In this document: piece by piece, positions 9,513 through 19,368 of the stretch
Layout of the letters: each line of letters starts with the position of its first letter
Position numbering within the stretch: the stretch's first letter is position 1
Source of the DNA: Flavobacteriales bacterium
GTDB lineage: Bacteria > Bacteroidota > Bacteroidia > Flavobacteriales_F > PHOS-HE28
Length of the DNA: 64,000 nucleotides
Reading direction: 5' to 3'
NCBI GenBank assembly: GCA_016713875.1
Contig: JADJOI010000002.1
Location: 17,092-81,091 of the forward strand
Notes under the pieces: generated by a model
Databases searched by the model: none
Told to the model about the DNA's origin: nothing
The model's input: the letters and a program-made list of their open reading frames with translations, nothing else
Made by a program: the position numbers and the translations under genes

Positions 9513-10664
9513 ATGAGTGACGGTATCCCGCCCCTGCGCATGGAAGCGAACGACCCCGGCAAACTGACCGCCCGCCCCGAAGGCATGGGCGACCTGGCGG
9601 CCTTGCTCCGATCCAAGCGGTTGTCCCTTCAACAGGTGGGATCAGGGCTGAGCAAGGTGCTCACCCTGGAGCCGCTCACCTCGGTGAAGGACCTCATCAT
9701 CGTGGGCGAGGGTCCTGCGGCCGAAGAGATCTTCCAGTACTGTCAGGACCAGACCGTGCGCGGCTACCGGTTCCGCGGCCTGTTCAATGACCAGGAGGTG
9801 CGGGGTCCCTTGGGCGCACATCGCCTGGGTGATGTGGAGGCCGCCAAGGCCTTCGCGGTCCAGAACCGCATCGACATCGTGTACTGCGCCCTTCCGGGCA
9901 CGCGCCGGGCGGATATCACGGACCTCATGGAGTTCTGTGAGCGCAACACCATCCGGTTCCGGGTGATCCCTAGCGTGGACAGCTTCATCCCGGTGGTGAA
10001 GACCACGGACCTGGAATTCCACGGGTCGGTGCCCGTGAGCAAGCTTCGGCGCGAGCCGCTGGACCATCGGGCGAACCGGGCTTGGAAACGCACCTTCGAC
10101 ATCGTCTTCTCCGCCCTGGTGATCCTGCTGGTCTTCAGCTGGCTTTTCCCCATCCTGGCTCTATTGGTGAAGCTTTCGTCCCCGGGTCCGGTGTTCTTCC
10201 GGCAGCAGCGCCTTGGTCGCGACAACAAGGAGTTCGCCTGCTGGAAGTTCCGGTCCATGCGCGTGAACGCCGAAGCGGACACCAAGCAGGCCACCAAGAA
10301 CGATCCACGCGTGACCCGCGTGGGGGCCTTTCTGCGCAAGAGCAATCTGGACGAGATGCCCCAGTTCTTCAATGTGCTGATGGGGCAGATGAGCGTGGTG
10401 GGCCCCCGCCCGCACCCCCTGCGGCTGAACGACCAGTACAGGGACATCATCGACAAGTACATGGTGCGCCATTTCGTGCGCCCGGGCATCACGGGTTGGG
10501 CGCAGGTGAACGGTCTCCGTGGGGAGACCCGCACGCCGGAGCTGATGGAGCGCCGCATCGAACTGGACGTGTGGTACCTGGAGAACTGGAGTTTCTGGCT
10601 GGACGTGCGGATCGTGGTGAAGACCGTGACGAACATGCTCGGAAAGGACCCCAACGCCTACTGA
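9513..10664 (+). CDS. polyprenyl-phosphate glycosylphosphotransferase (initiating sugar transferase, WbaP/WcaJ-like)
   Basis: KRTFDIVFSALVILL...SPGPVFFRQQRLGRDNKEF..WKFRSM...DEMPQFFNVLMGQMSVVGPRP is the bacterial sugar transferase core. Confidence 0.9.
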   Translation: MSDGIPPLRMEANDPGKLTARPEGMGDLAALLRSKRLSLQQVGSGLSKVLTLEPLTSVKDLIIVGEGPAAEEIFQYCQDQTVRGYRFRGLFNDQEVRGPLGAHRLGDVEAAKAFAVQNRIDIVYCALPGTRRADITDLMEFCERNTIRFRVIPSVDSFIPVVKTTDLEFHGSVPVSKLRREPLDHRANRAWKRTFDIVFSALVILLVFSWLFPILALLVKLSSPGPVFFRQQRLGRDNKEFACWKFRSMRVNAEADTKQATKNDPRVTRVGAFLRKSNLDEMPQFFNVLMGQMSVVGPRPHPLRLNDQYRDIIDKYMVRHFVRPGITGWAQVNGLRGETRTPELMERRIELDVWYLENWSFWLDVRIVVKTVTNMLGKDPNAY

Positions 10665-10677
10665 GGCGGGAGCGGGC

Positions 10678-10707
10678 TTGTGGAACCGGTGGAAAGCACT
10701 ATATTTG
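10678..10707 (+). promoter_or_regulatory. candidate promoter (-33 TTG, -7 TATATTTG) for rpsT
   Basis: TTG at 10678-10680 and TATATTTG at 10700-10707, with 19-nt spacing, 26 nt upstream of ATG 10734. Confidence 0.55.
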
Positions 10708-10733
10708 CCGTCCTTTTCAGAGCCTGAACAGCC

Positions 10734-10988
10734 ATGGCGAACCATAAGTCGGCCCTCAAGCGGGTGCGTCAGACCGAGACCCGCAACGAGCGCAACCGCT
10801 ACCAGCACAAGACCACGCGCAATGCCGTGCGGGCGCTGCGCAGCACCACCGACAAGAAGGCCGCCACGGCCCTTCTCCCGGAAGTGAGCGCGATGCTTGA
10901 CAAGCTGGCCAAGCGCAGCGTCATCCACAAGAACAAGGCGGCCAACCTGAAGTCCTCCCTGGCCACGCATGTGAGCAAACTGAAGTGA
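10734..10988 (+). CDS. rpsT: 30S ribosomal protein S20
   Basis: [33 protein letters not shown] is a classic S20 N-terminus; 84 aa. Confidence 0.95.
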   Translation: MANHKSALKRVRQTETRNERNRYQHKTTRNAVRALRSTTDKKAATALLPEVSAMLDKLAKRSVIHKNKAANLKSSLATHVSKLK

Positions 10989-11014
10989 CCCGCGCGGTCA
11001 CCGTCGCACCGGTG

Positions 11015-11048
11015 AAGGTCCTCCGAACGGGGACCTTTGCTTTTTTTT
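11015..11048 (+). terminator. rho-independent terminator after rpsT
   Basis: 7-bp stem AAGGTCC/GGACCTT (11015-11021 / 11031-11037), extendable inside the loop, followed by a T8 run at 11041-11048. Confidence 0.8.
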
Positions 11049-11053
11049 GACCC

Positions 11054-11764
11054 ATGGCCGACCAGCAGAGCTCCTCCCCGGGCCGGCTCACGATCCGTGA
11101 ATGGGCCAGCGACGACCGGCCGCGTGAGCGGCTCCTGAGCCAGGGTGCCGGCGCGCTGAGCGATGCCGAACTGCTGGCCATCCTCATCCGGTCGGGCACC
11201 GTACAGGCCAGTGCGCTCGACCTGGCCCGGCAGGTGCTGGTCATGGCCGGCAACGACCTGGGCAAGCTCGGCCGCTTGAGCGTGGCCCAGCTCGTGCAGG
11301 TCAAGGGGCTTGGGCAGGCCAAGGCCATCGGCATCGCGGCCGCCCTGGAACTGGGACGCAGACGGCGCGATGCCAGCCCCGAGCAACGGGTGCGCATCAC
11401 CACCAGCGCCGTGGCGTTCGAGCTGCTGCACCCCCTGATGGCGGACCTCATGCACGAGGAGTTCTGGCTGATCCTGCTCGATCGGGGCAACGCCGTCACC
11501 GGCAAGGTGCGCGTGAGCCAGGGCGGGATGCACGGTACGGTGGCCGACCCGAAGGTCATTTTCCGGGAGGCGATCGACCGTCGGGCCGCAGGTGTGGTGC
11601 TCGCCCACAACCACCCGAGCGGGCGCGCCATCCCCAGCGAAGAGGACGTCCGCCTCACCCGCAAGCTCGTTGATGGCGGGCGGTTGCTGGACATCGCCGT
11701 GCACGACCACCTCATCATCACTTCCACGGGCTACTACAGCTTCGCCGACAACGGTTCGCTCTGA
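11054..11764 (+). CDS. radC: RadC-family JAMM domain protein
   Basis: LSDAELLAILIRSGT, the helix-hairpin-helix region and the JAMM motif AHNHPSG...PSEEDVRLT. Confidence 0.9.
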   Translation: MADQQSSSPGRLTIREWASDDRPRERLLSQGAGALSDAELLAILIRSGTVQASALDLARQVLVMAGNDLGKLGRLSVAQLVQVKGLGQAKAIGIAAALELGRRRRDASPEQRVRITTSAVAFELLHPLMADLMHEEFWLILLDRGNAVTGKVRVSQGGMHGTVADPKVIFREAIDRRAAGVVLAHNHPSGRAIPSEEDVRLTRKLVDGGRLLDIAVHDHLIITSTGYYSFADNGSL

Positions 11765-11766
11765 CC

Positions 11767-12921
11767 ATGGCCGCACCGCTCGAGATCCTGACCGTGGTGG
11801 GGGCAAGGCCTCAACTGGTGAAGGCGGCGGTGCTGGCGCGCTGCATCGCCGAACGGTACCACGGCCGGCTCCGTCAGGGCATCCTGCACACCGGCCAGCA
11901 CTACGATCCCGCGCTATCCGACGTGTTCTTCCAGGTGCTCGGGCTGCCCGCCCCGGACGTTACCCTCGGCGTGGGCGCGGCATCCATCCCTTTGCAGACC
12001 GCGCGCATGGTGGAGGGCATCGCCGACGCCATCGCTAAGCGTCGCCCTGACCTCGTGCTGGTGTTCGGCGATACCACGAGCACGTTGGCAGGAGCGTTGG
12101 CCGGGGCCCAGTGCGCCGTGCCCGTGGCCCACGTCGAGGCGGGCCTGCGGGCGCACGACCGCAGCATGCCGGAGGAGCTCAACAGGATCGTGGCCGACCG
12201 GCTTTCCACCTGGCTGTTCTGCCCCACCGAGGCCTCGATGACGAACCTGGGCGCAGAGGGCATCCGCGATTCGCCGGGTCCGGCCCACGGACCCGATGCA
12301 CCGGTGGTGCGCCTGGTGGGCGACATCCTGTGCGATCACGTGCTGGGTACACTGCCGCTGGCCGAAGCGCGGTCGCAAGCTCTACGCACCCTGGACCTCG
12401 GTCCGGGCGGCTACCTGCTGGCCACGGTGCACCGTGCCGCGAACAGCGACGATGCCGACCGCCTCTCCGGCATCATCGCGGGGCTGCACCAGGCCGCCCT
12501 GGACACCGGGTTGCCCGTGGTGCTTCCCCTGCATCCGCGTGTGCGGCATCTGCTCGACAGCTCCTCGCACGCCGTGGTCCGTGAGCGGTTGAACAGGAGC
12601 CCGGAACTGCGCGTGGTGCCTCCACAGGGCCCCTTGGACATGCTGGCGCTCACCCGGAACGCGGCCGTTGTGCTCACCGATTCCGGAGGGCTGCAGAAAG
12701 AGGCTGCCATCCTGCGACGCCCTTGCGTGGTGCTCCGCGACCGCACCGAATGGGTGGAGCTCGTGGCCTCCGGAAGGGTGGTGCTGGCTGACGCGGACCC
12801 CGGGCGCATCGCCGCTGCGGCGAAGGCGGGCCTCGGGCAAGAGCTTGCCGAACCGGCCGGCCTGTACGGGGATGGGGACACGGCGGGCCGGATCTGTTCC
12901 ATCCTGCTTGGCGAGCGCTGA
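11767..12921 (+). CDS. wecB: UDP-N-acetylglucosamine 2-epimerase (non-hydrolysing)
   Basis: ILTVVGARPQLVK, GDTTSTLAGALA, HVEAGLR and DSGGLQKEA motifs. Confidence 0.9.
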   Translation: MAAPLEILTVVGARPQLVKAAVLARCIAERYHGRLRQGILHTGQHYDPALSDVFFQVLGLPAPDVTLGVGAASIPLQTARMVEGIADAIAKRRPDLVLVFGDTTSTLAGALAGAQCAVPVAHVEAGLRAHDRSMPEELNRIVADRLSTWLFCPTEASMTNLGAEGIRDSPGPAHGPDAPVVRLVGDILCDHVLGTLPLAEARSQALRTLDLGPGGYLLATVHRAANSDDADRLSGIIAGLHQAALDTGLPVVLPLHPRVRHLLDSSSHAVVRERLNRSPELRVVPPQGPLDMLALTRNAAVVLTDSGGLQKEAAILRRPCVVLRDRTEWVELVASGRVVLADADPGRIAAAAKAGLGQELAEPAGLYGDGDTAGRICSILLGER

Positions 12922-12924
12922 ACC

Positions 12925-14106
12925 ATGCTTCGAAGCCTTGCCGACTACCTTCAGTGCTGGACGCACCTGCTGGCGCACGCTGACGGCCGAAGGCTGATCC
13001 GCGCGCACGCCCGTCCGCGGCCCGTGGCCGAAGCCCCTTCCGCGGAGCAGGTGGGCCATGCGCTGAACACCGCGATGGACTGGGTGGGACGCGCGCAGGA
13101 CCACAGTGGCGACGGCGGCATGGGGAGCCTGCACCTGGTGCATGGCTGGGGACCCACCTACCCGGAGACCACGGGTTACCTGATCCCCACGCTTTTGGCC
13201 GCGGGCGATCGGCTGCAACGACCGGACCTTGCCGGTCGCGCCGTGCGCGCGGCCGATACCCTGCTCGCTTTGCAGCGTCCGGACGGTGGATGGCAGGGTG
13301 GTCGCGTCGGTGAGCACCGGCCGTCGGTGGTGTTCAACACCGCGCAGGTGATCCGCGGCATGCTGGCCATGCACGCGCACACCGGGGAACAGCGCTACCT
13401 GGACGCGGCCGTGCGCGCGGGCGCCTGGATCGTCAGCGTGCAGGAGGCGGACGGCTGCTGGTCGCGGCATAACTTCATGGGCGCTGCGCGCGTGTACGAC
13501 ACCTATGTGGATGCCCCGTTGCTGCTGCTGCATCGCGCCACCGGTGAGCCGGGGCTGAAGGAGGCGGCCGTGCGCAACCTGGCCTGGGTGGAGGGACGGC
13601 AGACCGCGAACGGCTGGTTCACCGAGGCGGACAACACGGTGAAGCACAACGACCGGCCCATCATCCATACCCTGGCCTACACGATCGACGGCCTTGCCGA
13701 ATGCGGCGATCTGCTGGCCGACCCGCAATGGACGGAGATGGCCGAGGCCGCGGCGCGGCCCCTGCGCGATCGCTTCCTGCAACACGGCGTCCTTCGTGGT
13801 CGATACGACCGTTCGTGGAACGGGAGCGAAGCCTTGATCACCACCGGTGGTGCCCAGCTCGCCGTGGCCTGGCAGCGGCTTGCGCGCGCGGGCATGGACA
13901 GCGCTTACGCTCATGCCGCCGCACGGATGCGCGGGCTGCTGGTGGCCCTGCAGGCATGCACCGCCGAAGGGCCGCCCGATGGCCGCGGCGCGCTCACCGG
14001 CTCGCATCCGCTCTGGGGCCGCTACGAGAAGTTCGCCTGCCCGAACTGGGCCACCAAGTACCTGGCCGACGCCCTACTTTGTGCCGACGGTCGCACGTTC
14101 TGCTGA
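12925..14106 (+). CDS. prenyltransferase/squalene-hopene-cyclase-like alpha/alpha-toroid repeat protein
   Basis: Three QW-like motifs are readable: LALQRPDGGWQGG, VSVQEADGCWSRH and EGRQTANGWFTE. The start is 3 nt after the wecB stop. Function unknown. Confidence 0.5.
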   Translation: MLRSLADYLQCWTHLLAHADGRRLIRAHARPRPVAEAPSAEQVGHALNTAMDWVGRAQDHSGDGGMGSLHLVHGWGPTYPETTGYLIPTLLAAGDRLQRPDLAGRAVRAADTLLALQRPDGGWQGGRVGEHRPSVVFNTAQVIRGMLAMHAHTGEQRYLDAAVRAGAWIVSVQEADGCWSRHNFMGAARVYDTYVDAPLLLLHRATGEPGLKEAAVRNLAWVEGRQTANGWFTEADNTVKHNDRPIIHTLAYTIDGLAECGDLLADPQWTEMAEAAARPLRDRFLQHGVLRGRYDRSWNGSEALITTGGAQLAVAWQRLARAGMDSAYAHAAARMRGLLVALQACTAEGPPDGRGALTGSHPLWGRYEKFACPNWATKYLADALLCADGRTFC

Positions 14107-14128
14107 ACCCGCCCGTCGCCCTTCGCCC

Positions 14129-15415
14129 ATGCTGCTCGTCCACCTGGAGCATCCATCGACGCGCGCCCATTGGATCGTGGAACACACGATCGGGCGGTTG
14201 CTGGGGGTGCCGGTGCGCCTCACCAACGATGTGGCCGCGTTCCGCGATGCGGCGGGACCCCGTCTGAGCTATGGGACAGTGCCGATCGACGGCGCCCTCC
14301 ATGTCCCCTGGTCCGGCGCGCTGGCCCAGCTGCCTTCACACGACCCGCCCACGGGCATGGTGAATGACATGCCGGTCCTGTTCCCGGTCGGCGCGTCGTT
14401 CGACCTGTTCGCCGCCGCGTTCTTTCTGCTCGCGCTGGTGGATGAACAGCGGTGCGCGGCGCGCGATGCGCATGACCGCATCCCTTCCGAGGCGCTGTTC
14501 ACCGTGCGGAGCGGCCTGGCTGACAGGCCCTGGATCGATCGTTGGTTGCTGGAGCTCGGCGATCGCCTGCGGGAGCGCTGGCCTGTGCTGGAGCTCACCC
14601 GCACCTACCGCCACATCCTCACCGTGGATGTGGACAACATGCTGCGCTATGCCGGCCGTCCGTGGACGCGAGCGCTGGGCGCCACGCTGAAGGACCTCGC
14701 GCTCTTCCGACCGGGGGCCATGCTGGAGCGGTGGATGGTGCGCACCGGCCTTCTGCGCGACCCGTACCTGAGCGGCCTCGACCGGGTGGAGCGGCATGCG
14801 CGGGACACGAGCGGTGCGATCCTGTTCCTGTTGCTGCGCAGCGACGGCCCGCATGACCATGCCGTGGAGCCGGACCGCTGGCCTGCCGGCCTCCATCGGT
14901 TCCTGCGGCACGACACCGGCCTGCGGATCGGGCTGCATCCCTCGTACGCATCCAGCACCGACCCCGGTCGGCTGGAGGCCGAGGTCTCCATGTATGAACG
15001 GCGTCTGCAGCCGCGCACGCTGCTCAGCCGGCAGCACTTCCTGCGCTGGCGCCTGCCCGACACCTTGCGTCGCCTGGCGGCTGCGGGATTCATCGAGGAG
15101 CACAGCCTCGGCTTCTCGGACCGCACCGGTTTCCGGGCGGCCACCTGCACACCGTTCCCCTGGTACGATCTGGAGAGGGATCGGCCCACCTCGCTGATGC
15201 TGTGGCCCTTTGCGGCGATGGACAGTGCGCTCATCGAGCGGAGCGGTCTTGATCCGGACGGTGTGACCGCCGCCATGCGGACGATGAGCGACGAGGTGCG
15301 CGCGGTGCAGGGCACCTTCGTGAGCGTGTGGCACGATCGTTACCTGAGCGGGCACCGGGAGTTCGCACGATGGCCCGCGGTGTTCGATCACGTGGTGAAG
15401 CACGCCAGGCCATGA
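14129..15415 (+). CDS. hypothetical protein (possibly polysaccharide deacetylase-like)
   Basis: The start MLLVHLEHPSTRAHWIVEHTIG at ATG 14129 was chosen so the gene does not overlap the upstream one. The GLHPSY...SRQHFLRW...GFSDRTGFRA region is reminiscent of CE4-like proteins, a weak assignment from memory. Confidence 0.35.
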   Translation: MLLVHLEHPSTRAHWIVEHTIGRLLGVPVRLTNDVAAFRDAAGPRLSYGTVPIDGALHVPWSGALAQLPSHDPPTGMVNDMPVLFPVGASFDLFAAAFFLLALVDEQRCAARDAHDRIPSEALFTVRSGLADRPWIDRWLLELGDRLRERWPVLELTRTYRHILTVDVDNMLRYAGRPWTRALGATLKDLALFRPGAMLERWMVRTGLLRDPYLSGLDRVERHARDTSGAILFLLLRSDGPHDHAVEPDRWPAGLHRFLRHDTGLRIGLHPSYASSTDPGRLEAEVSMYERRLQPRTLLSRQHFLRWRLPDTLRRLAAAGFIEEHSLGFSDRTGFRAATCTPFPWYDLERDRPTSLMLWPFAAMDSALIERSGLDPDGVTAAMRTMSDEVRAVQGTFVSVWHDRYLSGHREFARWPAVFDHVVKHARP

Positions 15416-16329
15416 TCACGCACCTGCGGCACGGCCGGATCGACAAGGCCTCGTGGGACGCGCTGCTGGACCGGTGCGAGGGCCCGGTGTGGTACGCCCG
15501 CAGCGCCGTCCTCGATGCGGCATGCCCCGGCTGGGAGGCCCTCTGGGATGAGGAGCGCGGTGCACTGATGCCGCTGACCCATCATCGCAAATGGGGCATT
15601 CCCTACCTGTACCAACCGTTCCCGCTGCAGCAGCTGGGGGTGTTCGCCCCGACCCAGGATGCCGTTCGGAACGGCGAGTTCCTCAGGGCCCTGCCGATGC
15701 GCTTCCGACTGGCGGACATCTACCTCACGAACACGGCCGTGGAAGGCGCGGGTCCTGGTTGGCGATTCACCACGCGGCAGGACCAGTGGGTGCCGTTGGA
15801 CCGACCCATCGCGGCCATCCGCCAGGGGTATGGCAACAATCACCTCCGCAGCCTGCGGCGCGCGGAGACGGCCGGCCTGGAGCTCGATACGGCCATGCGG
15901 CCGGAGGCGTTCCTGCACTTTCTGACCACGGCGCCCCAATGGCCGGGATGGAAGGTGAGCTTGCGGCAACAGGCCTCGCTGCAGCGCTTGCTGCGGCTGG
16001 TGGACCAGCGTGGCGAAGGCGGCTGCATGGCGGTGCTTCATGCGGGGCGTCCTGTGGCGGCCGGATGCTTCGTGCACCACGGCGACCGCACCATCTTCCT
16101 CAAGGGCCTTGCGCTGCCCGAAGCCCGCACATTGAACGCCATGCACCTGCTGATCGACCGCGTGCTGGAGATGCGCGCCGGACGTGCGCGCTGGCTCGAT
16201 CTGGCGGGCAGCAGCGACCCGGCGCTGGCCCGGTTCTACGCGGGCTTCGGCGCGGTGACCACGCTATATTTACACGCCTTGCTGCGGCGCTTCCCCGTCA
16301 GCCTGCGAGGCCAACCTGAACAGGCATGA
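15412..16329 (+). CDS. FemAB/BioF2-like GNAT-fold acyltransferase
   Basis: ATG 15412 overlaps the upstream stop (ATGA). The C-terminal half (GCMAVLHAGRPVAAGCFVHHGDRTIFLKG...DLAGS) resembles Acetyltransf_6-type GNATs found in EPS loci. Confidence 0.5.
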   Translation: MITHLRHGRIDKASWDALLDRCEGPVWYARSAVLDAACPGWEALWDEERGALMPLTHHRKWGIPYLYQPFPLQQLGVFAPTQDAVRNGEFLRALPMRFRLADIYLTNTAVEGAGPGWRFTTRQDQWVPLDRPIAAIRQGYGNNHLRSLRRAETAGLELDTAMRPEAFLHFLTTAPQWPGWKVSLRQQASLQRLLRLVDQRGEGGCMAVLHAGRPVAAGCFVHHGDRTIFLKGLALPEARTLNAMHLLIDRVLEMRAGRARWLDLAGSSDPALARFYAGFGAVTTLYLHALLRRFPVSLRGQPEQA

Positions 16330-16976
16330 TCGTTGAACTGGGCAAGGAGCGCACGGTGGTGAACCAGTACCTCGCGGAGATGCGGGACGTCGAGGTGCAG
16401 CGCGATCCGATGCGCTTCCGCCACAACCTCGAGCGCCTGGGCATGGTGTTCGCCTACGAACTGAGCCGCACCCTGGACTACGAGGAGCGCGATGTGACCA
16501 CGCCGCTGGGCCAGGCGCGTGTGCCGGTGCTGCGGGAGCAGCCCGTGCTGGCCACCATCCTGCGGGCCGGCCTTCCGCTGCATCAGGGCATGCTGTCGGT
16601 CTTCGACCGGGCGGACAACGCCTTCATCAGCGCCTACCGCAAGCACCGCAAGGGCGAGGAGGGCTTCGACATCGAGGTGGAGTACCTCAGCAGCCCCACC
16701 CTGGACGACCGTGTGCTGGTGCTGTGCGATCCCATGCTGGCCACCGGCCAGAGCATGCTGCTGGTGTACAAGGCCCTGTTGCGCCTGGGCCGCCCGAAGG
16801 CCCTTCACGTGGTGTCCGTGATCGCGAGCAGCGAAGGGGTGGAGTACATCCGCAAGCACCTGCCCTCGGGCACACGCATCTGGATCGGTGCCATCGATGA
16901 GGAGATGACCGCACAGGCCTATATCGTGCCCGGACTGGGCGATGCGGGCGACCTGGCGTACGGCCGCAAGCTGTAG
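16326..16976 (+). CDS. upp: uracil phosphoribosyltransferase
   Basis: PRPP-binding motif VLVLCDPMLATGQSM and C-terminal YIVPGLGDAGDLAYG. ATG 16326 overlaps the upstream stop (ATGA). Confidence 0.9.
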   Translation: MIVELGKERTVVNQYLAEMRDVEVQRDPMRFRHNLERLGMVFAYELSRTLDYEERDVTTPLGQARVPVLREQPVLATILRAGLPLHQGMLSVFDRADNAFISAYRKHRKGEEGFDIEVEYLSSPTLDDRVLVLCDPMLATGQSMLLVYKALLRLGRPKALHVVSVIASSEGVEYIRKHLPSGTRIWIGAIDEEMTAQAYIVPGLGDAGDLAYGRKL

Positions 16977-16979
16977 ATC

Positions 16980-17462
16980 GTGGACCAGGCGGTTCAGATA
17001 GTGATCATCGTGGCCTGGGGCATGCTGAAGATGGTGGTGGCGGCCGGGTTCGGCGCAGGCTTGGGCTTCAGCTTCCTGGAGACCTTCCTCTGGACCGCGG
17101 TCGGCGGTTGCCTCGGTGTGCTGGTGTTCTACCGCCTCAGCGAACGCCTCACCGAGTGGTCGCGCGAACGCTGGCTCAAGGGGCGCGCAAGGGCCCGAGC
17201 GCGCGGGGCCGCGCTGCGGCGCATCTTCACGCGGCGCAACCGCTGGATCATCCGCGTGAAGCACGTCAGCGGTTTCCTGGGCGTGGCCGCGCTCACACCG
17301 CTGGTGCTCACCATCCCGGTGGGCAGCATCCTGGCCGCGCGCTTCTTCCACCACGACCGCCGCATGGTCCCGGCCCTGCTGATCTCCGTGGTGGTGCAGG
17401 CCCTCGGCGTGTCCGCTGCGCTCACCGGGGTGGTAGGAGGCATCACCCAGGCCCTGCCGTGA
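16980..17462 (+). CDS. small integral membrane protein, unknown function
   Basis: 160-aa ORF with a GTG start and about 4 hydrophobic helices. It is coupled on both sides (3-nt gap upstream, 4-nt overlap downstream). Confidence 0.5.
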   Translation: MDQAVQIVIIVAWGMLKMVVAAGFGAGLGFSFLETFLWTAVGGCLGVLVFYRLSERLTEWSRERWLKGRARARARGAALRRIFTRRNRWIIRVKHVSGFLGVAALTPLVLTIPVGSILAARFFHHDRRMVPALLISVVVQALGVSAALTGVVGGITQALP

Positions 17463-18163
17463 AGCGCTACCGCCACATCTTCTTCGACCTGGACCACACG
17501 GTGTGGGACTTCCGCACGAACTCGCGGGCCACCTTGCGGGAACTGCATGCCGAGCTCGAGCTGGCGGACCGCGGCATCGACACGGCCGACGAGCTCATCG
17601 ACGCCTACGAGGAAGTGAACGCGGGCCTATGGCGCCGCTACGAGCAGGGGCGCATCCCCAAGGAGGTGCTGCGCGTGCTGCGCTTCCGCAACACCCTCGG
17701 CCGGTTCGGTGTGCGCGATGAGCGGCTCGCGCACCGGCTGGCCACCGACTACCTGGACCGATGTCCGCGGAAACCCGCGTTGCACGCCGGCGTCCGCGCG
17801 TTATTGGAGGACCTGGCGACGGACCATGCCCTGCACATCATCACCAACGGATTCCAGGAGGTGCAGGGGGTCAAGCTGGCGAGCAGCGGCATCGCGGGGC
17901 ATTTCGACGTGGTGCTCACCAGCGAGCAGGCCGGAGCGGCGAAGCCGGACCCGCGCATCTTCCGCCGGGCGCTCGACCTGGCCGGGGCCGTGGCGGAGGA
18001 GAGCCTTATGGTGGGCGATGATGCGCGGAACGACATGGGCGGTGCGCGGGGTGCGGGCCTCGATCAGGCGCACTTCATCGGTGAGCCTGGGACCGAGCCG
18101 GACGCGGAGGCCACCTACCGCTTCGCCCACTTCGCCGAACTGCACCGCCTACTGCGCGGGTAG
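17459..18163 (+). CDS. HAD-superfamily hydrolase (YjjG/nucleotidase-like)
   Basis: GTG 17459 overlaps the upstream stop. Motif I is FFDLDHTVWDF (DxDxT), followed by ITNG and VGDDARNDMGGA motifs. Confidence 0.8.
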   Translation: MKRYRHIFFDLDHTVWDFRTNSRATLRELHAELELADRGIDTADELIDAYEEVNAGLWRRYEQGRIPKEVLRVLRFRNTLGRFGVRDERLAHRLATDYLDRCPRKPALHAGVRALLEDLATDHALHIITNGFQEVQGVKLASSGIAGHFDVVLTSEQAGAAKPDPRIFRRALDLAGAVAEESLMVGDDARNDMGGARGAGLDQAHFIGEPGTEPDAEATYRFAHFAELHRLLRG

Positions 18164-18658
18164 CGCGTCGGGCTCGAAGAAGTAGGTGACCGTGACGTCG
18201 CGGCCGTTGATGTGGCTGTACTTGCGGAAGCGGATCGAGTCCGTGCCGAGGCGCAGGCCCTGGTAGTCGATCTCGCCCTTCATGCTGTGGGTGGTGAACA
18301 GCACGCTGTCCCCATTGATCCGCACCGCCGACCGGTGCACGGCGCTGTTGCCGTCGACGGGGGTGGAGGGCACCAGCAGGTTCTTCAACCCGTCCGCATC
18401 CTTGGCCATGCCGGCGGTGTTCATCACATAGCCCTCCGGGAAGAAGCGCATCACATAGCCCACGCCGCCCAGCTTGGCGCGGTACACTCCGTCCACATGC
18501 AAAGCGCCTTCAGGCAGCGGGGTGAGCGCTGGCGTGGCGGGCTGTGCGGGCTGTTCCATGGTGCCGGGGGCCTGCTCTTCGGGCCCGGGACCATCATCGC
18601 CGCAGGCGGCCAGCAGGGTCGCGGACAGGATCGGTACGAGCAGGGAATGGGAGCGCAT
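18149..18658 (-). CDS. hypothetical lipoprotein
   Basis: Signal and lipobox MRSHSLLVPILSATLLAAC. I recognised no family. Confidence 0.6.
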   Translation of the reverse strand: MRSHSLLVPILSATLLAACGDDGPGPEEQAPGTMEQPAQPATPALTPLPEGALHVDGVYRAKLGGVGYVMRFFPEGYVMNTAGMAKDADGLKNLLVPSTPVDGNSAVHRSAVRINGDSVLFTTHSMKGEIDYQGLRLGTDSIRFRKYSHINGRDVTVTYFFEPDALPAQ

Positions 18659-18660
18659 GG

Positions 18661-19326
18661 TCAGGCGTTGGGGAAGCGGGCGATCACGGTGGTGGAGCCC
18701 TGCACGGTGTCGCCCAAGGCCACCTGCACCTTCGAGCCCAGCGGCAGGAAGAGGTCCACGCGTGAGCCGAACTTGATGAAGCCGAACTCACGGCCTTGGG
18801 CGGCGTCCGCGCCGGCGGTACTATAGGTGCAGATGCGGCGGGCGAGCGCTCCCGCGATCTGGCGGAAGAGCACCTCGCCATGGCGCGCGTGGCGCACCAC
18901 CACGGTGCTGCGCTCGTTCTCGGTGCTGCTCTTCGGGTGCCAGGCCACCAGGTATTTACCCGGGTGGTAGCGCGCGTAGCTCACCGTGCCGGCCACGGGG
19001 TACCAGTTCACGTGCACGTTCAGCGGGCTCATGAAGATGCTCACCTGCAGGCGGCGGTCGTTGAAGTGCTCGGGCTCATGCACCTCCTCGACGGCCACCA
19101 CCTTACCGTCGGCGGGGGACACGATGGCGCCGTCGTCCACGGTGGCGGTGCGCCGTGGCACGCGGAAGAACCAGAGCACGATGAGGAATACGGCCACCAG
19201 CGGCGCGGCGAGGGCGATGCGGAGCGCGGCCGGAGCGGAGGTCCACTGCATCAGCCCATAGAGGGCGAAGCACAGGACGGCGGTGGCCAGCAGGAGGGTG
19301 GCGGTGCCTTCGCGGTGGATGCCCAT
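18661..19326 (-). CDS. psd: phosphatidylserine decarboxylase family proenzyme
   Basis: Two N-terminal TM helices and a C-terminal FIKFGSRVDLFLP self-cleavage-type motif. It lies adjacent to cdsA. Confidence 0.85.
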   Translation of the reverse strand: MGIHREGTATLLLATAVLCFALYGLMQWTSAPAALRIALAAPLVAVFLIVLWFFRVPRRTATVDDGAIVSPADGKVVAVEEVHEPEHFNDRRLQVSIFMSPLNVHVNWYPVAGTVSYARYHPGKYLVAWHPKSSTENERSTVVVRHARHGEVLFRQIAGALARRICTYSTAGADAAQGREFGFIKFGSRVDLFLPLGSKVQVALGDTVQGSTTVIARFPNA

Positions 19327-19368
19327 GGGAGCGTGCCGGCCAAAGATAGGAGGGGGGCCTTTCCGCCC

